NCBI GenBank assembly: GCA_046094825.1 | Contig: JBJTIF010000126.1 | Location: forward strand, 8,989-72,988 | DNA from: Actinomycetota bacterium | GTDB taxonomy: Bacteria > Actinomycetota > UBA4738 > HRBIN12 | DNA: 64,000 nt | Direction: 5' to 3' | In this document: piece by piece, positions 22,003-32,968 of the stretch | How positions within the stretch are numbered: position 1 is the stretch's first letter | How the letters are laid out: each line of letters begins with the position of its first letter | Program-made: the position numbers and the translations under genes | Notes under the pieces: generated by a model | Told to the model about the DNA's origin: nothing | Database searches by the model: none | What the model saw: the letters and a program-made list of their open reading frames with translations, nothing else

Positions 22003-22367
22003 GCAGGGCCACGCTCTTCGCGGTCGGCGCGATCCTCGCGGGCGTCGGCGTGACGTTCGGTGCCTTCGGCGCGCACGCGCTCGAGGCGCGGGTGACCGCG
22101 GAGCGCCTCGTGACCTTCGAGACCGCGGTGCGCTACCAGATGCTCCACGCGCTCGCGATCCTCGCGGCGGCCCTCCTCGGCGGCGAACGCGCGGCGCTCG
22201 CGGGGCTCCTGTTCGTCCTCGGGATCGCGCTCTTCTCCGGGAGCCTCTACCTGCTCGTGCTCACGGGCGTGCGGTGGCTCGGCGCGATCACGCCGCTCGG
22301 GGGCGTCGCGTTCATCGCCGGGTGGGTCGTGCTCGCGCTCGCCGGCTTCCGCGCACTCCGCGGGTAG
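21999..22367 (+). CDS. DUF423-family small membrane protein
   Basis: Four predicted TM helices. The ATG overlaps the HIT gene stop. Confidence 0.6.
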   Translation: MSRATLFAVGAILAGVGVTFGAFGAHALEARVTAERLVTFETAVRYQMLHALAILAAALLGGERAALAGLLFVLGIALFSGSLYLLVLTGVRWLGAITPLGGVAFIAGWVVLALAGFRALRG

Positions 22368-22394
22368 GCGCCCCTCCGGGCGGGGGCCGCGTCC

Positions 22395-24488
22395 CTACCG
22401 CTTCGCCGTCGCCGCGGCCTCCTGCGCCGCGCGCGCCGCGGCGATGAGCCGGTCCGCGAGCTGCGGGGGGACCTCCTCGTAGTGCGAGAACGCGAGGGAG
22501 AACGTGCCGCGCCCACCGGTCATCGAGCGCAGATCGATCGCGTAGCGGGCCACCTCGGCGGCCGGTGCGCTCGCGCGGATCCGCTGCTTGCCCGCGCCGA
22601 CGACCTCCATCCCCGCGATCTTCGCCCGCTTGCCGTTCAGGTCGCCGATGACATCGCCGGTGTGCGACTCGGGGACGATGACCTCGAGGTCGACGACCGG
22701 TTCGAGGAGCGCGACGCCCGCCGCCTCCGCCGCCTCCCGCATCGCGAGTCCCCCCGCGATCTGGAACGCCATGTCGGAGGAGTCCACGGGATGGAACTTC
22801 CCATCGGTGAGCGTCACGCGGAGGTCGACCATCGGGTTGCCGCTCACGACGCCGCCGGCGAGCGCCTTCGCGACGCCCTTCTCGACCGACGGGATGAACT
22901 GGTTCGGGACGGCGCCGCCGACGATCCGGTCGACGAACTCGAACCCGCTCCCGCGGGGCAGGGGCTGGACCTCGATCGTGCACACGGCGTACTGCCCGTG
23001 GCCGCCGGACTGCTTCACGTGACGCCCGGTCGCCGTCGCCTTCTTCCGGAGGGTCTCGCGGTAGGCGATCCGCGCCGGCTCGTGCGTCACGTCGACGCCG
23101 AACTTCCGCTGCATCCGGGCGAGCGTCACGTCGAGGTGCGCCTCGCCCATGCCGGAGAGGATCGTCTGGTGCGTCTCGTCGGTGCGCTCGACGCGGATCG
23201 TCGGGTCCTCCTCGCGGAGGCGCGTGAGAGCGTTCGAGAGCTTCTCCTCGTCGCCCTTCGCCTTCGGCTCGATCGCGTACGCGAGCACGGGCTCGGGCAG
23301 GGGGAGCGTCGGGATGCGGATGGTCTCACCCTTCGCCGCGAGCGTGTCGCCGGTGTGGGTGTGGATGAGCTTCGCCGCCGCCCCGATGTCGCCGGCCCGC
23401 ACCTCCGTGACCGGCACGTGCTCCTTGCCGCGGAGCGAGAAGAGCTGACCCACCCGTTCCTCGAGCCCCTTCGTCGCGTTGAAGAGGCCGCCGTCGGGGC
23501 GCACGGTGCCCGAGAAGACGCGGAACATCGAGATGTGGCCGACGTAGGGGTCGGAGAGCGTCTTGAACACGAGCGCGGCGAGCGGCGCGGTGTCGGTCGT
23601 CGGTCGCTCGACCGACGACCCGTCGGCGGCCTCGACGCGCACCGTCGGTCGGTCGGTCGGCGCGGGGAACTCCTCCGCGATGAAGGCGAGGATCCGGTCG
23701 ACGCCGATCCCGCGGGAGGCGGAGCCGCAGAGGACGGGCGCGATGCGTGCCGCCGCGAAGCCCTCCTTCACCCCGCGGGCGACGACGTCCTCCGGCAGGG
23801 TCCCGGTCTCGAGGTAGCGCTCGATGAGCGCATCGTCGGACTCGGCGACCGCCTCGGCGAGCTTGACGTGGAGCGGCGTCGCCCGGCCCGCGACGTCGTC
23901 GGGCCAGGGCCCCTCCGAGACCGTGCCGTCGACGTACGTGTACGCCTTCTCGTGGAGGAGGTCGGCGACGCCGGTGAAGCCGTGCTCGGTACCGATCGGG
24001 AGCTCGAGCGGTGCGACCTGCTTGCCGAAGGCCTGGACGAGCCCCTCGAGTGTCGCTTCGAACGATGCCCGCTCGCGATCGAGCTTGTTCACGAGGATCG
24101 CCCGAGGGATTCCCGCTTCGACGGCGAGCTCCCAGGCCGCCTCGGTCTGGACCTCGACGCCGTCGACGGCCGACACGACGACGACGACCGCGTCGACCGC
24201 GCGGATCGCGTTGCGGAGCTCGCCGACGAAGTCCGCGGTGCCCGGCGCGTCGAGGACGTTGATCTTCGTCCCGCGCCACTCGATCGGCGCCATCGCGAGC
24301 GAGACGCTGATGCCCTTCGCGACCTCCTCGGGTTCGTGGTCCGCGACCGTCGTGCCGTCGGTGACCGATCCCATCCGGGTGATCGCGCCGGAGGTGAGGA
24401 GCATGGCCTCGAGGAGGGTCGTCTTGCCCGACCCGGAGTGTCCGACGAGCAGGACGTTGCGGATGTCGTTCGCGGCGTACGTGTCCAT
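22395..24488 (-). CDS. Elongation factor G paralogue (EF-G-like GTPase, 697 aa)
   Basis: G-domain motifs (GHSGSGKTT, DAPG, NKLD) and EF-G domains II-V with HVKQSGGHGQYA. Confidence 0.85.
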   Translation of the reverse strand: MDTYAANDIRNVLLVGHSGSGKTTLLEAMLLTSGAITRMGSVTDGTTVADHEPEEVAKGISVSLAMAPIEWRGTKINVLDAPGTADFVGELRNAIRAVDAVVVVVSAVDGVEVQTEAAWELAVEAGIPRAILVNKLDRERASFEATLEGLVQAFGKQVAPLELPIGTEHGFTGVADLLHEKAYTYVDGTVSEGPWPDDVAGRATPLHVKLAEAVAESDDALIERYLETGTLPEDVVARGVKEGFAAARIAPVLCGSASRGIGVDRILAFIAEEFPAPTDRPTVRVEAADGSSVERPTTDTAPLAALVFKTLSDPYVGHISMFRVFSGTVRPDGGLFNATKGLEERVGQLFSLRGKEHVPVTEVRAGDIGAAAKLIHTHTGDTLAAKGETIRIPTLPLPEPVLAYAIEPKAKGDEEKLSNALTRLREEDPTIRVERTDETHQTILSGMGEAHLDVTLARMQRKFGVDVTHEPARIAYRETLRKKATATGRHVKQSGGHGQYAVCTIEVQPLPRGSGFEFVDRIVGGAVPNQFIPSVEKGVAKALAGGVVSGNPMVDLRVTLTDGKFHPVDSSDMAFQIAGGLAMREAAEAAGVALLEPVVDLEVIVPESHTGDVIGDLNGKRAKIAGMEVVGAGKQRIRASAPAAEVARYAIDLRSMTGGRGTFSLAFSHYEEVPPQLADRLIAAARAAQEAAATAKR

Positions 24489-24590
24489 GTCCGCTCCGAT
24501 CTCGCGCTGTGCGCCGAGTGTAATCCCGCCCCTCGGAGCGTGCGCCCGACCGTGCCGGGCGCACGCGGGGTCGCTGCTAGGCTCGCGCCG

Positions 24591-25124
24591 ATGCCGGACG
24601 CGGGGAACGGATCGGCGGTCGGGGGGGCGCGCGCGGGCGTCGCGCTCGCCTGCGTCGCGGCGCTCGCCGGGGCGATCACGTCCGCGTGGCTCGTCCTCGG
24701 GGACCGGTCCGGCGCGGGGCCGGTTGCGCTCACCGCCGGTGCCACCCTCATCGCGGCCGCGGCGGCGACCGGACGACCCGGGCGGCCGCGGGAGCGCGTC
24801 CTCGTCTCGATCGTCGACCGCGCCTACGACGGAGCGATCCTCGGCGCGGTCGTGTGGACCGCGCGGGCCGACGATCCCGCCGTCGCGGCCGCCGCCCTCG
24901 TGGCCTTCGGCCTCGGCTCCCTCGCCGCGTACGCGCGCGCCCGCGCGTGCGGACTCGGCTACGACCTCGCGTTCCTCGCGCCGGTCTCCGTCGTGCGGGT
25001 CGCGGTCGTCGGGCTGGCGCTGTGGCTCGACTGGGGTGCCGGCGCGTACGTCGCGCTCGCCCTCTGGCAGTTCGGGTCCGCCGCCGTCCGCGTCTCGCAG
25101 GTCTGGAAGGAGGAGCTCGCGTGA
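24591..25124 (+). CDS. Hypothetical Ala-rich integral membrane protein (start could be the GTG at 24540)
   Basis: Four to five hydrophobic segments. It occupies the slot that holds pgsA1 in mycobacteria, but the CDP-alcohol phosphatidyltransferase motif was not found. Confidence 0.45.
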   Translation: MPDAGNGSAVGGARAGVALACVAALAGAITSAWLVLGDRSGAGPVALTAGATLIAAAAATGRPGRPRERVLVSIVDRAYDGAILGAVVWTARADDPAVAAAALVAFGLGSLAAYARARACGLGYDLAFLAPVSVVRVAVVGLALWLDWGAGAYVALALWQFGSAAVRVSQVWKEELA

Positions 25125-26026
25125 GCGGTCCTCGCGACCGACGCGAGACGCCGGCGGAGACGCTCACGTACTGGGGGTACCGCGCCGTCCAGCGCCTCGC
25201 GGGTGCGCTGCCCGAGCCCGTCGGCCGCGCGCTCTTCATCGTCGGCGGCCGCGTCGCGTTCCGCATCGCGGGTGAGCGGCGCCGCAACGTCATCGCGAAC
25301 CTCGCGCGGATCCTCGGCCGCGACCCGCAGGATGCCCTCGTCCGCGCGACCGCGGTCGAGGCCTTCGAGCTCTACGCGCGGTACTGGTTCGACGCGTTCC
25401 GCGTCCCGACGCTGTCGCCCGCCGAGGTGGACGCGCGGATGGACGGCGCCGGGCTCGACGAGATCGATCGCGCCCTCGAGCGGGGGAGGGGCTGCGTCGT
25501 CGTGCTCGGCCACCTCGGCAACCCCGACGTCGCGGCGTCGTGGGCGGCGCGGCAGGGGTACCCGATCACCGCCGTCGCGGAGCGCCTGCGGCCCGAGCGT
25601 CTCTTCGACCTCTTCCGACGACAGCGCGAGGGCTACGGGCTCACGATCCTCGGCACCGGGGACCCGACGCTGAAGCAGCGGCTCGCCGACCACCTCCGTG
25701 GCAACGGGGTCGTCGCCCTCGCCGCGGACCGCGACCTGAGCGGCCGGGGCATCCCGATCGAGATGTTCGGCGCGACGCGGACGCTCCCCACGGGACCCGC
25801 CACGCTCGCCCTCGCGAACGACGCGCCGCTCCACTTCTTCGCGATCTCGACGACGGATCGCGGATGGCGCGGACGGGTCGGACCCGCGCTCGAGATCGCG
25901 CGCTCCGGCGACCTGCGGACCGACGTCCGGGCGCTCACCGAGCGGCTCGCGCGGGAGTTCGAGCGCGCGATCGCCGCGAACCCGGCGGACTGGCACGTCC
26001 TCCAACCGGGGTGGCCCGCCGCGTGA
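25121..26026 (+). CDS. LPLAT/HtrB-family acyltransferase (PIM acyltransferase PatA-like)
   Basis: Lipid A biosynthesis acyltransferase-like fold (HLGNPD, ADRD...G). The GTG start overlaps the upstream stop and the gene precedes pimA. Confidence 0.7.
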   Translation: MSGPRDRRETPAETLTYWGYRAVQRLAGALPEPVGRALFIVGGRVAFRIAGERRRNVIANLARILGRDPQDALVRATAVEAFELYARYWFDAFRVPTLSPAEVDARMDGAGLDEIDRALERGRGCVVVLGHLGNPDVAASWAARQGYPITAVAERLRPERLFDLFRRQREGYGLTILGTGDPTLKQRLADHLRGNGVVALAADRDLSGRGIPIEMFGATRTLPTGPATLALANDAPLHFFAISTTDRGWRGRVGPALEIARSGDLRTDVRALTERLAREFERAIAANPADWHVLQPGWPAA

Positions 26027-27106
26027 GGATCGCGCTCGCCTGCCCGTACGCCTGGGACGCGGCGGGGGGCGTCCAGGTGCACGTCGGCGACCTCGCGCGG
26101 CGGCTCCTCGATGCCGGGCACGATGTCCGCGTCCTCGCCCCCTCATCGAATCCCGCCGACGAGCCGTGGGTGCGGGTCGTGGGCCGGCCCCTGCGCGTCG
26201 CGTACGCGGGCACCGTCGCGCCGATCTGCCCGTCACCGCGCTCGTGGGCCCGGGTCCGTGCGGAGCTCGACGTCTTCGCACCCGACGTCGTCCACGTCCA
26301 CGAGCCGTTCGCGCCGAGCACCGGTCGTCGCGACCTTCCACGCGTACCTCGACCGATCGAGGATCCAGCGCGCCGCGCGCCCGCTCCTGCGCCCGGTCGC
26401 GCGTCGCATCACCGTCGGCATCGCGGTCTCCGAGGCAGCGGCATCGTTCGCGCGGCGCGCGACCGACCTCCCGCTCGAGGTCATCCCGAACGGCGTGGAG
26501 ATCGCTCGGTTCCGGCGCGGCGCGGGGCGGCGCGGGGCGGCGCCGCCGACGATCGCGTGGGTGAACCGCCTCGATCCGCAGAAGGGGTTCGCGGTGTTCC
26601 TCGACGCGATCGCCCCGCTCCTCGCGCGCAGGCCGGACCTCCGCGTCGTCGTCGCGGGCGACGGCCCGCTCCGGGACGCGACCGATCGGCTCGCGCCCGC
26701 GCTCCGTGGCCGCATCGACGTCCGTGGCCGCGTCGCGAACGCGGAGGTCGCGAACGTCCTCCACGGCGCCGACGTCTTCGCCTCGCCCGCGACGGGGCAG
26801 GAGTCCTTCGGCATCGTCCTCGTCGAGGCGATGGCGGCCGGCGTGCCGGTCGTGGCGACCGACATCCCCGGCTACCGCGAGGTCGTCCGCGACGGTATCG
26901 ACGGCCTCCTCGTCCCACCGGGCGACGCCGTGGTGCTCGCGGCCGCGCTCGGCCGGGTCCTCGATGACCCGGCGCTCGCGGCGCGGCTCGCCGCGGCGGG
27001 ACTCGACCGCGCGGCGGCGTACGGATGGGACGCCGTGCTCCCGCGGATCCTCGCCACCTACGAGCGCGTGCTCGGTCGTCCGCGCGCGGCCGATGGTCCG
27101 CCCTGA
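26023..27106 (+). pseudogene. pimA: GT4 phosphatidylinositol alpha-mannosyltransferase PimA-like, disrupted: the N-terminal part is in one frame to about 26322 and the remainder is in the +1 frame
   Basis: Frame 1 reads VRIALACPYAWDAAGGVQVHV...HVHEPFAPST. Frame 2 reads PVVATFHAYLD...ESFGIVLVEAMAAGVPVVATDIPGYREVV. About 11 residues of the helix between them are missing relative to typical PimA. Confidence 0.7.
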
Positions 27107-27119
27107 GGCCGTTGCTACG

Positions 27120-27692
27120 ATGACCCCGATGGACCCGGTCGTCCTCCTCCTCGTCGTCCTCCTGCTCCTCGCCGTCTGGTTCGCGCTCGCCTTCAACCGG
27201 CTCGTGGCGCTGCGGGCCCGGGTCGAGAACGGGTGGGCGCAGATCGACGTCCAGCTCCGGCGGCGCTCCGACCTCATCCCGAACCTCGTCGAGACGGTCC
27301 AGGGCTACGCGAGCCACGAGCGCGAGGTCTTCGAAGCGATCACGGCGGCGCGCGCCCGGAGCCTCGAGGCGCGGACGGTCGGGGAGCAGTCCGAGGCCGC
27401 GCGCTCCGTCGGGATCGGGCTCCGATCGCTCCTCGCCGTCGCGGAGGCGTACCCGACGTTGAAGGCCGACGCGAACTTCCTCGCGCTTCAGGAGGAGCTC
27501 TCCGGGACCGAGTCGAAGATCGCGTACGCGCGGCAGTTCTACAACGACGAGGTGATGCGCCTGAACACCGCGATCGGGTCGTTCCCCTCGAACCTCATCG
27601 CGCGGATGTTCGCGTTCGCCGAGCGCGAGTTCTTCGACCCGGGCGACGACGCCCGCGAACCGGTGCGCGTCGACTTCCCGGGAGGTGCGTAG
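27120..27692 (+). CDS. lemA: LemA-family protein
   Basis: N-terminal TM followed by the LemA domain (FNRLVALRARVENGWAQIDVQLRRR). Confidence 0.8.
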   Translation: MTPMDPVVLLLVVLLLLAVWFALAFNRLVALRARVENGWAQIDVQLRRRSDLIPNLVETVQGYASHEREVFEAITAARARSLEARTVGEQSEAARSVGIGLRSLLAVAEAYPTLKADANFLALQEELSGTESKIAYARQFYNDEVMRLNTAIGSFPSNLIARMFAFAEREFFDPGDDAREPVRVDFPGGA

Positions 27693-28631
27693 GTGTTCGA
27701 GCAGGTGGCGTCGAACCGCCGGCGGACGCTCGTGCTCGTCGTCGCCGCGTTCGTCCTCCTCGGGGCGACCGGGTACGTCCTCGGCTCGCTCTCGCGCAGC
27801 GGCCCCTTCGGCCTCGTCGTCGCGCTCGTCATCGCCGGCGGGATGTCGTGGGCGTCGTACTTCCGCGGCGACCGCATCGTGCTCCGCAGCACCGGCGCGA
27901 AGGAGGTGACGCCGGAGCAGGAGCCGCGCCTCCACAACGTCATCGAGGGGCTCGCGATCGCCGCGGGCATCCCGAAGCCCCGCGTCTACGTCGTCCCGGA
28001 GGCCGCGCTGAACGCGTACGCGACGGGTCGCGATCCCGAGCACGCATCGATCGCCGTGACACGGGGCCTCCTCGACGGGATGAACCGCCTCGAGCTCGAG
28101 GGGGTCATCGGCCACGAGCTCGCGCACGTCGCCGACCGCGACATCCTCCTCGGCACCGTCGTCGCGACGCTCGTCGGTGCGGTGATCCTCATCTCGGACT
28201 TCTTCCTCCACTCGCTCTGGTGGGGCGGCATGGGTCGTCGCGATGATCGCGAGGGGGGCGGCAACGGGATCCTCGCGATCGTCGGCATCGTGTTCCTCAT
28301 CCTCGCCCCGATCGCGGGCCGCCTCGTGAGCCTCGCGGTGTCGCGTCGGCGCGAGTTCCTCGCCGACGCCCAGGGCGCGCTCTGCACGCGCTACCCGCCC
28401 GGCCTCGCGAGCGCGCTGCGGAAGATCCAGGCATCGAGCGCGATCCCGCTCCGCGCCGCGAGCAACGCGACGGCGCACCTGTGGCTCTCCGAGCCCACCC
28501 GCGTCCGCCGGCGCGGCGAGGGCGTCGCCGGGCTCCTCTCGACGCACCCGCCGATCGATGAGCGGATCCGGCGTCTTGAGGAGATGAGATTTCGGCCGGA
28601 GGTCGTTGAGCCGCCCACCCGCGCCGGGTAG
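27693..28631 (+). CDS. htpX: Zinc metalloprotease HtpX (M48)
   Basis: HELAH zinc motif and TM helices. The GTG start immediately follows the lemA stop. Confidence 0.85.
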   Translation: MFEQVASNRRRTLVLVVAAFVLLGATGYVLGSLSRSGPFGLVVALVIAGGMSWASYFRGDRIVLRSTGAKEVTPEQEPRLHNVIEGLAIAAGIPKPRVYVVPEAALNAYATGRDPEHASIAVTRGLLDGMNRLELEGVIGHELAHVADRDILLGTVVATLVGAVILISDFFLHSLWWGGMGRRDDREGGGNGILAIVGIVFLILAPIAGRLVSLAVSRRREFLADAQGALCTRYPPGLASALRKIQASSAIPLRAASNATAHLWLSEPTRVRRRGEGVAGLLSTHPPIDERIRRLEEMRFRPEVVEPPTRAG

Positions 28632-28685
28632 CGTCGCGCGCGTCGCCGCACCCGCGGTCGCACCCCCGAGCACGGAGGACCGACG

Positions 28686-29732
28686 ATGACGCTGACCCGC
28701 CGAGGCCGCATCGCGCTCCTCGTCGTCGCCGCCGCCGTCGTCGCCGCCGCGGTCGTCATCGCGGCGATCGTGACCCGGCCGCAGGGGACCTCGATCGCCG
28801 AGGCGGTCTCGGACATCGTCGCGCCCGACCCGATCTGCCCGCTCACCGGACTCGACGCACCGAGCGGCACGGTCCCGGCGCGCCCGGTCCTCGCGGTGAA
28901 GATCGAGAACAGTCCGCTCGCGCGCCCCCAGGCCGGACTGAACGACGCGGACATCGTCTACGAGGAGCCCGTCGAGGGCGGCATCACGCGGTTCATCGCG
29001 CTCTTCCAGTGCACGGACGTCGATCGGCTCGGACCGGTGCGCAGCGCGCGGACGACCGATGCCGACGTCCTCGTGCAGTACGGCGTCCCGGTGTTCGCCT
29101 ACTCGGGAGCCGCGCCCCCCGTCCGGCAGCTCGTCGCACAGGTCGGGCTCCTCGACGTGAACTTCGAGTCGAACCCCGACCTCTACGACCGCGATCCCGC
29201 GCGCGAGATGCCGCACGACGTGTTCACGTCGACCTCGCGGCTCTGGGCGGGGGCGTCGTGGCCGTCGGAGGCACCCGAACCGGTCCTCCCGTACGACGCC
29301 GACCCGCCGCCGGTCTCCCGGCCGGCGGCGAGCGTCCACCTCGACTTCTCGGCGTCGTCCGACGTCTGGTGGCGGTGGGATGCCGCCCTCGGACTTTGGC
29401 TCCGGTCGCACGGCGACGAGGCCCACCTGCTCGAGGATGGGATGCAGGTGGGGGCAGCGACGGTCATCGTCCAGGTCGTCGAGGTCGTCCCCGGCACGAT
29501 CATCGACGCCGCCGGCAACCCCTCCCCGGAGGTCACGCTCGTCGGGACGGGCAAGGCCTACGTCTTCCGCGACGGCCGCGTCGTCGTCGGCACCTGGGTC
29601 CGGGGCTCGCTCGGCGAGGGCACCCGGTTCCTCACGAAGGATGGGCAGGAGATCGCCCTCGCGCCCGGGCGGACCTGGATCGAGCTCTTCCCCTCGACGA
29701 TCGACGTCGTCATCGCGAAGCGCCCCGCCTGA
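28686..29732 (+). CDS. DUF3048-domain protein (secreted or membrane-anchored)
   Basis: N-terminal signal/TM segment and a DUF3048-like motif [31 protein letters not shown]. Confidence 0.65.
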   Translation: MTLTRRGRIALLVVAAAVVAAAVVIAAIVTRPQGTSIAEAVSDIVAPDPICPLTGLDAPSGTVPARPVLAVKIENSPLARPQAGLNDADIVYEEPVEGGITRFIALFQCTDVDRLGPVRSARTTDADVLVQYGVPVFAYSGAAPPVRQLVAQVGLLDVNFESNPDLYDRDPAREMPHDVFTSTSRLWAGASWPSEAPEPVLPYDADPPPVSRPAASVHLDFSASSDVWWRWDAALGLWLRSHGDEAHLLEDGMQVGAATVIVQVVEVVPGTIIDAAGNPSPEVTLVGTGKAYVFRDGRVVVGTWVRGSLGEGTRFLTKDGQEIALAPGRTWIELFPSTIDVVIAKRPA

Positions 29733-29820
29733 GCGGCGAGGTCCCGGCGGTACACTTCCGGGCGTGCCGACCGAGGGTCGGCGCGGCGGTACCCATCGGG
29801 GAGTCCCAGGAGGGGCGATC

Positions 29821-30708
29821 GTGGAGCGCGACACCGGCACGTTCCGGGTGAAGGCGGGCCTGGCCGAGATGCTGAAGGGCGGCGTCATCATGGACGTCAC
29901 CGACGCCGAGCAGGCGAAGATCGCGGAGGACGCCGGCGCGTGCGCCGTCATGGCCCTCGAGCGCGTCCCCGCCGACATCCGCCGGGACGGCGGGGTCGCG
30001 CGGATGTCCGACGCCGCGATGATCGAGGAGATCATCGCCACCGTCTCGATCCCCGTCATGGCGAAGGCACGGATCGGTCACTTCGTCGAGGCGCAGATCC
30101 TCCAGGCGCTCGGCGTCGACTACGTCGACGAGTCCGAGGTCCTCACGCCCGCCGACGAGGAGCACCACCTCGACAAGTGGGCGTTCACCGTCCCGTTCGT
30201 CTGCGGCGCCCGCGACCTCGGCGAGGCGCTCCGTCGCATCGGCGAGGGCGCGGCGATGATCCGGACGAAGGGCGAGGCCGGCACCGGCAACGTCGTCGAG
30301 GCGGTCCGCCACCAGCGCACGATGGTCCGCGGGATGCGCGAGCTCTCGACCCTCGGCTCGGAGGAGCTCGCCGCCGCGGCGAAGGAGCTCCGCGCGCCGC
30401 TCGACCTCGTCCGCGAGATCGCCTCGACCGGTCGGCTCCCGGTCGTGAACTTCGCCGCGGGCGGCATCGCCACGCCGGCGGACGCGGCACTCATGATGCA
30501 GCTCGGCGTCGACGGGGTGTTCGTCGGTTCCGGCATCTTCAAGTCCTCCGACCCGGCGTCGCGCGCCCGCGCGATCGTCGAGGCGACGACGCACTTCCAG
30601 GACCCTTCCGTCCTCGCGAAGGTCTCGCACGGGCTCGGCGAGGCCATGCCCGGCATCGAGATCGGCCAGCTCGGCGAGGAAGGGCTCCTCCAGACCCGCG
30701 GCTGGTAG
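29821..30708 (+). CDS. pdxS: Pyridoxal 5'-phosphate synthase, lyase subunit PdxS
   Basis: Highly conserved PdxS sequence ([19 protein letters not shown], a Lys). GTG start with an upstream AGGAGG. Confidence 0.9.
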   Translation: MERDTGTFRVKAGLAEMLKGGVIMDVTDAEQAKIAEDAGACAVMALERVPADIRRDGGVARMSDAAMIEEIIATVSIPVMAKARIGHFVEAQILQALGVDYVDESEVLTPADEEHHLDKWAFTVPFVCGARDLGEALRRIGEGAAMIRTKGEAGTGNVVEAVRHQRTMVRGMRELSTLGSEELAAAAKELRAPLDLVREIASTGRLPVVNFAAGGIATPADAALMMQLGVDGVFVGSGIFKSSDPASRARAIVEATTHFQDPSVLAKVSHGLGEAMPGIEIGQLGEEGLLQTRGW

Positions 30709-30713
30709 GGCGC

Positions 30714-31271
30714 GTGAAGGCCGGCGTCCTCGCGCTCCAGGGCGACTTCCGCGAACACGCGCGGTGCTTCGCCGACCTCGGGTTCGCCCCGATCGAGGTG
30801 CGCACACCGGCCGACCTCGCCGCGGTCGACCTCCTCGCGATCCCCGGGGGCGAGTCGACGACGATCGGGCTCCTCGCGCGGAGCGCCGGCCTCGTCGAGC
30901 CGATCCGCGAGCGCGCGCGGGCGGGGATGCCGATCCTCGGGACGTGCGCCGGGCTCATCGTCCTCGCGGAACGCGTCGAGGGCGGGACGCCGCTCCTCGG
31001 GCTCCTCGATGTGACCGCGGAGCGCAACGCGTACGGACGACAGCTCGAGTCGTTCGAGGCCGACGTCGCGGTCTCCGGCATCGACCGCCCGGTCCGCGCG
31101 GTGTTCATCCGCGCCCCGATCGTCGCGGAGATCGGACCGGGGGTCCGCGTGCTCGCCGAGCACGAGGGGCGACCGGTCGTCGTCGAGCAGGGCGCCATCG
31201 TCGCGGCGACGTTCCACCCGGAGCTCGTCGGAGAGACCGGGCTCCACGCGTACGTCGCGAGGAAGGCGTGA
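30714..31271 (+). CDS. pdxT: Pyridoxal 5'-phosphate synthase, glutaminase subunit PdxT
   Basis: Class I GATase with catalytic GTCAG and a HPE motif. Confidence 0.85.
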   Translation: MKAGVLALQGDFREHARCFADLGFAPIEVRTPADLAAVDLLAIPGGESTTIGLLARSAGLVEPIRERARAGMPILGTCAGLIVLAERVEGGTPLLGLLDVTAERNAYGRQLESFEADVAVSGIDRPVRAVFIRAPIVAEIGPGVRVLAEHEGRPVVVEQGAIVAATFHPELVGETGLHAYVARKA

Positions 31272-31275
31272 GGGC

Positions 31276-32024
<749 letters not shown>

Positions 32025-32028
<4 letters not shown>

Positions 32029-32429
32029 TCGCGGCGCCCCGGGTCTTCCCGATCCGCTTCGACGGCATCTCGCGACCGATGGCGCTCATCGGGTTCACCA
32101 GGGCGGGGTCCCGGGTCGTCCTCGAGGAGCGCGACCTCGACGTGCGGATGGGCTGGGGGTTCGCGCTCCGGGTGCCGCGGGCCGCGGTGCGGACCGCGGC
32201 ACCCGACCACCGGCCGCTCCTCGATCGCGGCGTCCACGGCTGGTTCGGTCGGTGGAACGTCGCGGCCTCGTCGCGCGGCCTCGTCCGGATCGAGTTCGCG
32301 AGCCCGGTCGCCGCCCGCGTCGGCCCGGTCCCCGTGCGCGTACGGACGCTCCGCGTGAGCCTCGAGGAGCCGGAGGCCTTCCTCCTCGCGCTCGAGGCGC
32401 CCGCCGCGGCTCCGCCCGACGCCGGGTGA
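32025..32429 (+). CDS. Hypothetical protein (134 aa), translationally coupled to yebC
   Basis: GTG overlaps the yebC stop. The translation is not simple GC noise (MGWGFALRVP...VHGWFGRWNV...GLVRIEF) but could not be assigned a family. Confidence 0.4.
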
Positions 32430-32457
32430 TTGCCCGGGCTCCCGGGCGACCCTAGAC

Positions 32458-32472
32458 TGAACACATGTTCGA
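32458..32472. promoter_or_regulatory. SOS box (tGAACacatGTTCga) overlapping the ruvC start codon, preceded by a -10-like TAGACT
   Basis: Perfect GAAC-N4-GTTC palindrome. The ATG of ruvC lies inside it. Confidence 0.65.
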
Positions 32473-32968
32473 TTCCCCCGTGCTCGGGGTGGACCCCGGG
32501 CTCGCCTCCGTCGGGATCGCCGCGGTCGGCCTCGCCGATCGCCGGCCGGTGCTCCTCGAGGCCCGGCACCTCGCGACCTCGGCCTCCGAGCCCGAGGCCG
32601 CGCGGCTCGCGACGATCCACGCGGCGGTCGCCGAGGCGATCGCGCGCCACGCGCCATCGAGCCTCGCCGTCGAGCGCGTGGCCTGGAACCGCAACCAGGG
32701 GAGCGCGCTCCACGTCGCGCGCGCGACGGGCGTCGCACTGCTCGCGGCCGCGCAGGCCGGCATCCCGGTCGTCGAGTACGGACCGCTCGAGGTGAAGATG
32801 GCGATCACCGGGACGGGGACCGCGCCGAAGGAGCAGGTGCGCCACGCGCTCGCGCGGCTCCACGGCCTCCGCGGCGTCCCGGAGCAACCGGATGCGGCCG
32901 ACGCCGTCGCGGTCGCGCTCTGCCACCTCACGAACGCACGGCGTCGGACCCCGGCGGTGGCGCGGTGA
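32465..32968 (+). CDS. ruvC: Holliday junction resolvase RuvC
   Basis: VLGVDPGL N-terminus with catalytic acidic residues. It lies in the ruvCAB cluster. Confidence 0.8.
   Translation: MFDSPVLGVDPGLASVGIAAVGLADRRPVLLEARHLATSASEPEAARLATIHAAVAEAIARHAPSSLAVERVAWNRNQGSALHVARATGVALLAAAQAGIPVVEYGPLEVKMAITGTGTAPKEQVRHALARLHGLRGVPEQPDAADAVAVALCHLTNARRRTPAVAR

Noticed and set aside
24591-25124. Calling this gene pgsA (PI synthase) on synteny alone
   Set aside because: The CDP-alcohol phosphatidyltransferase signature was not found in the translation. It was kept as a hypothetical membrane protein.
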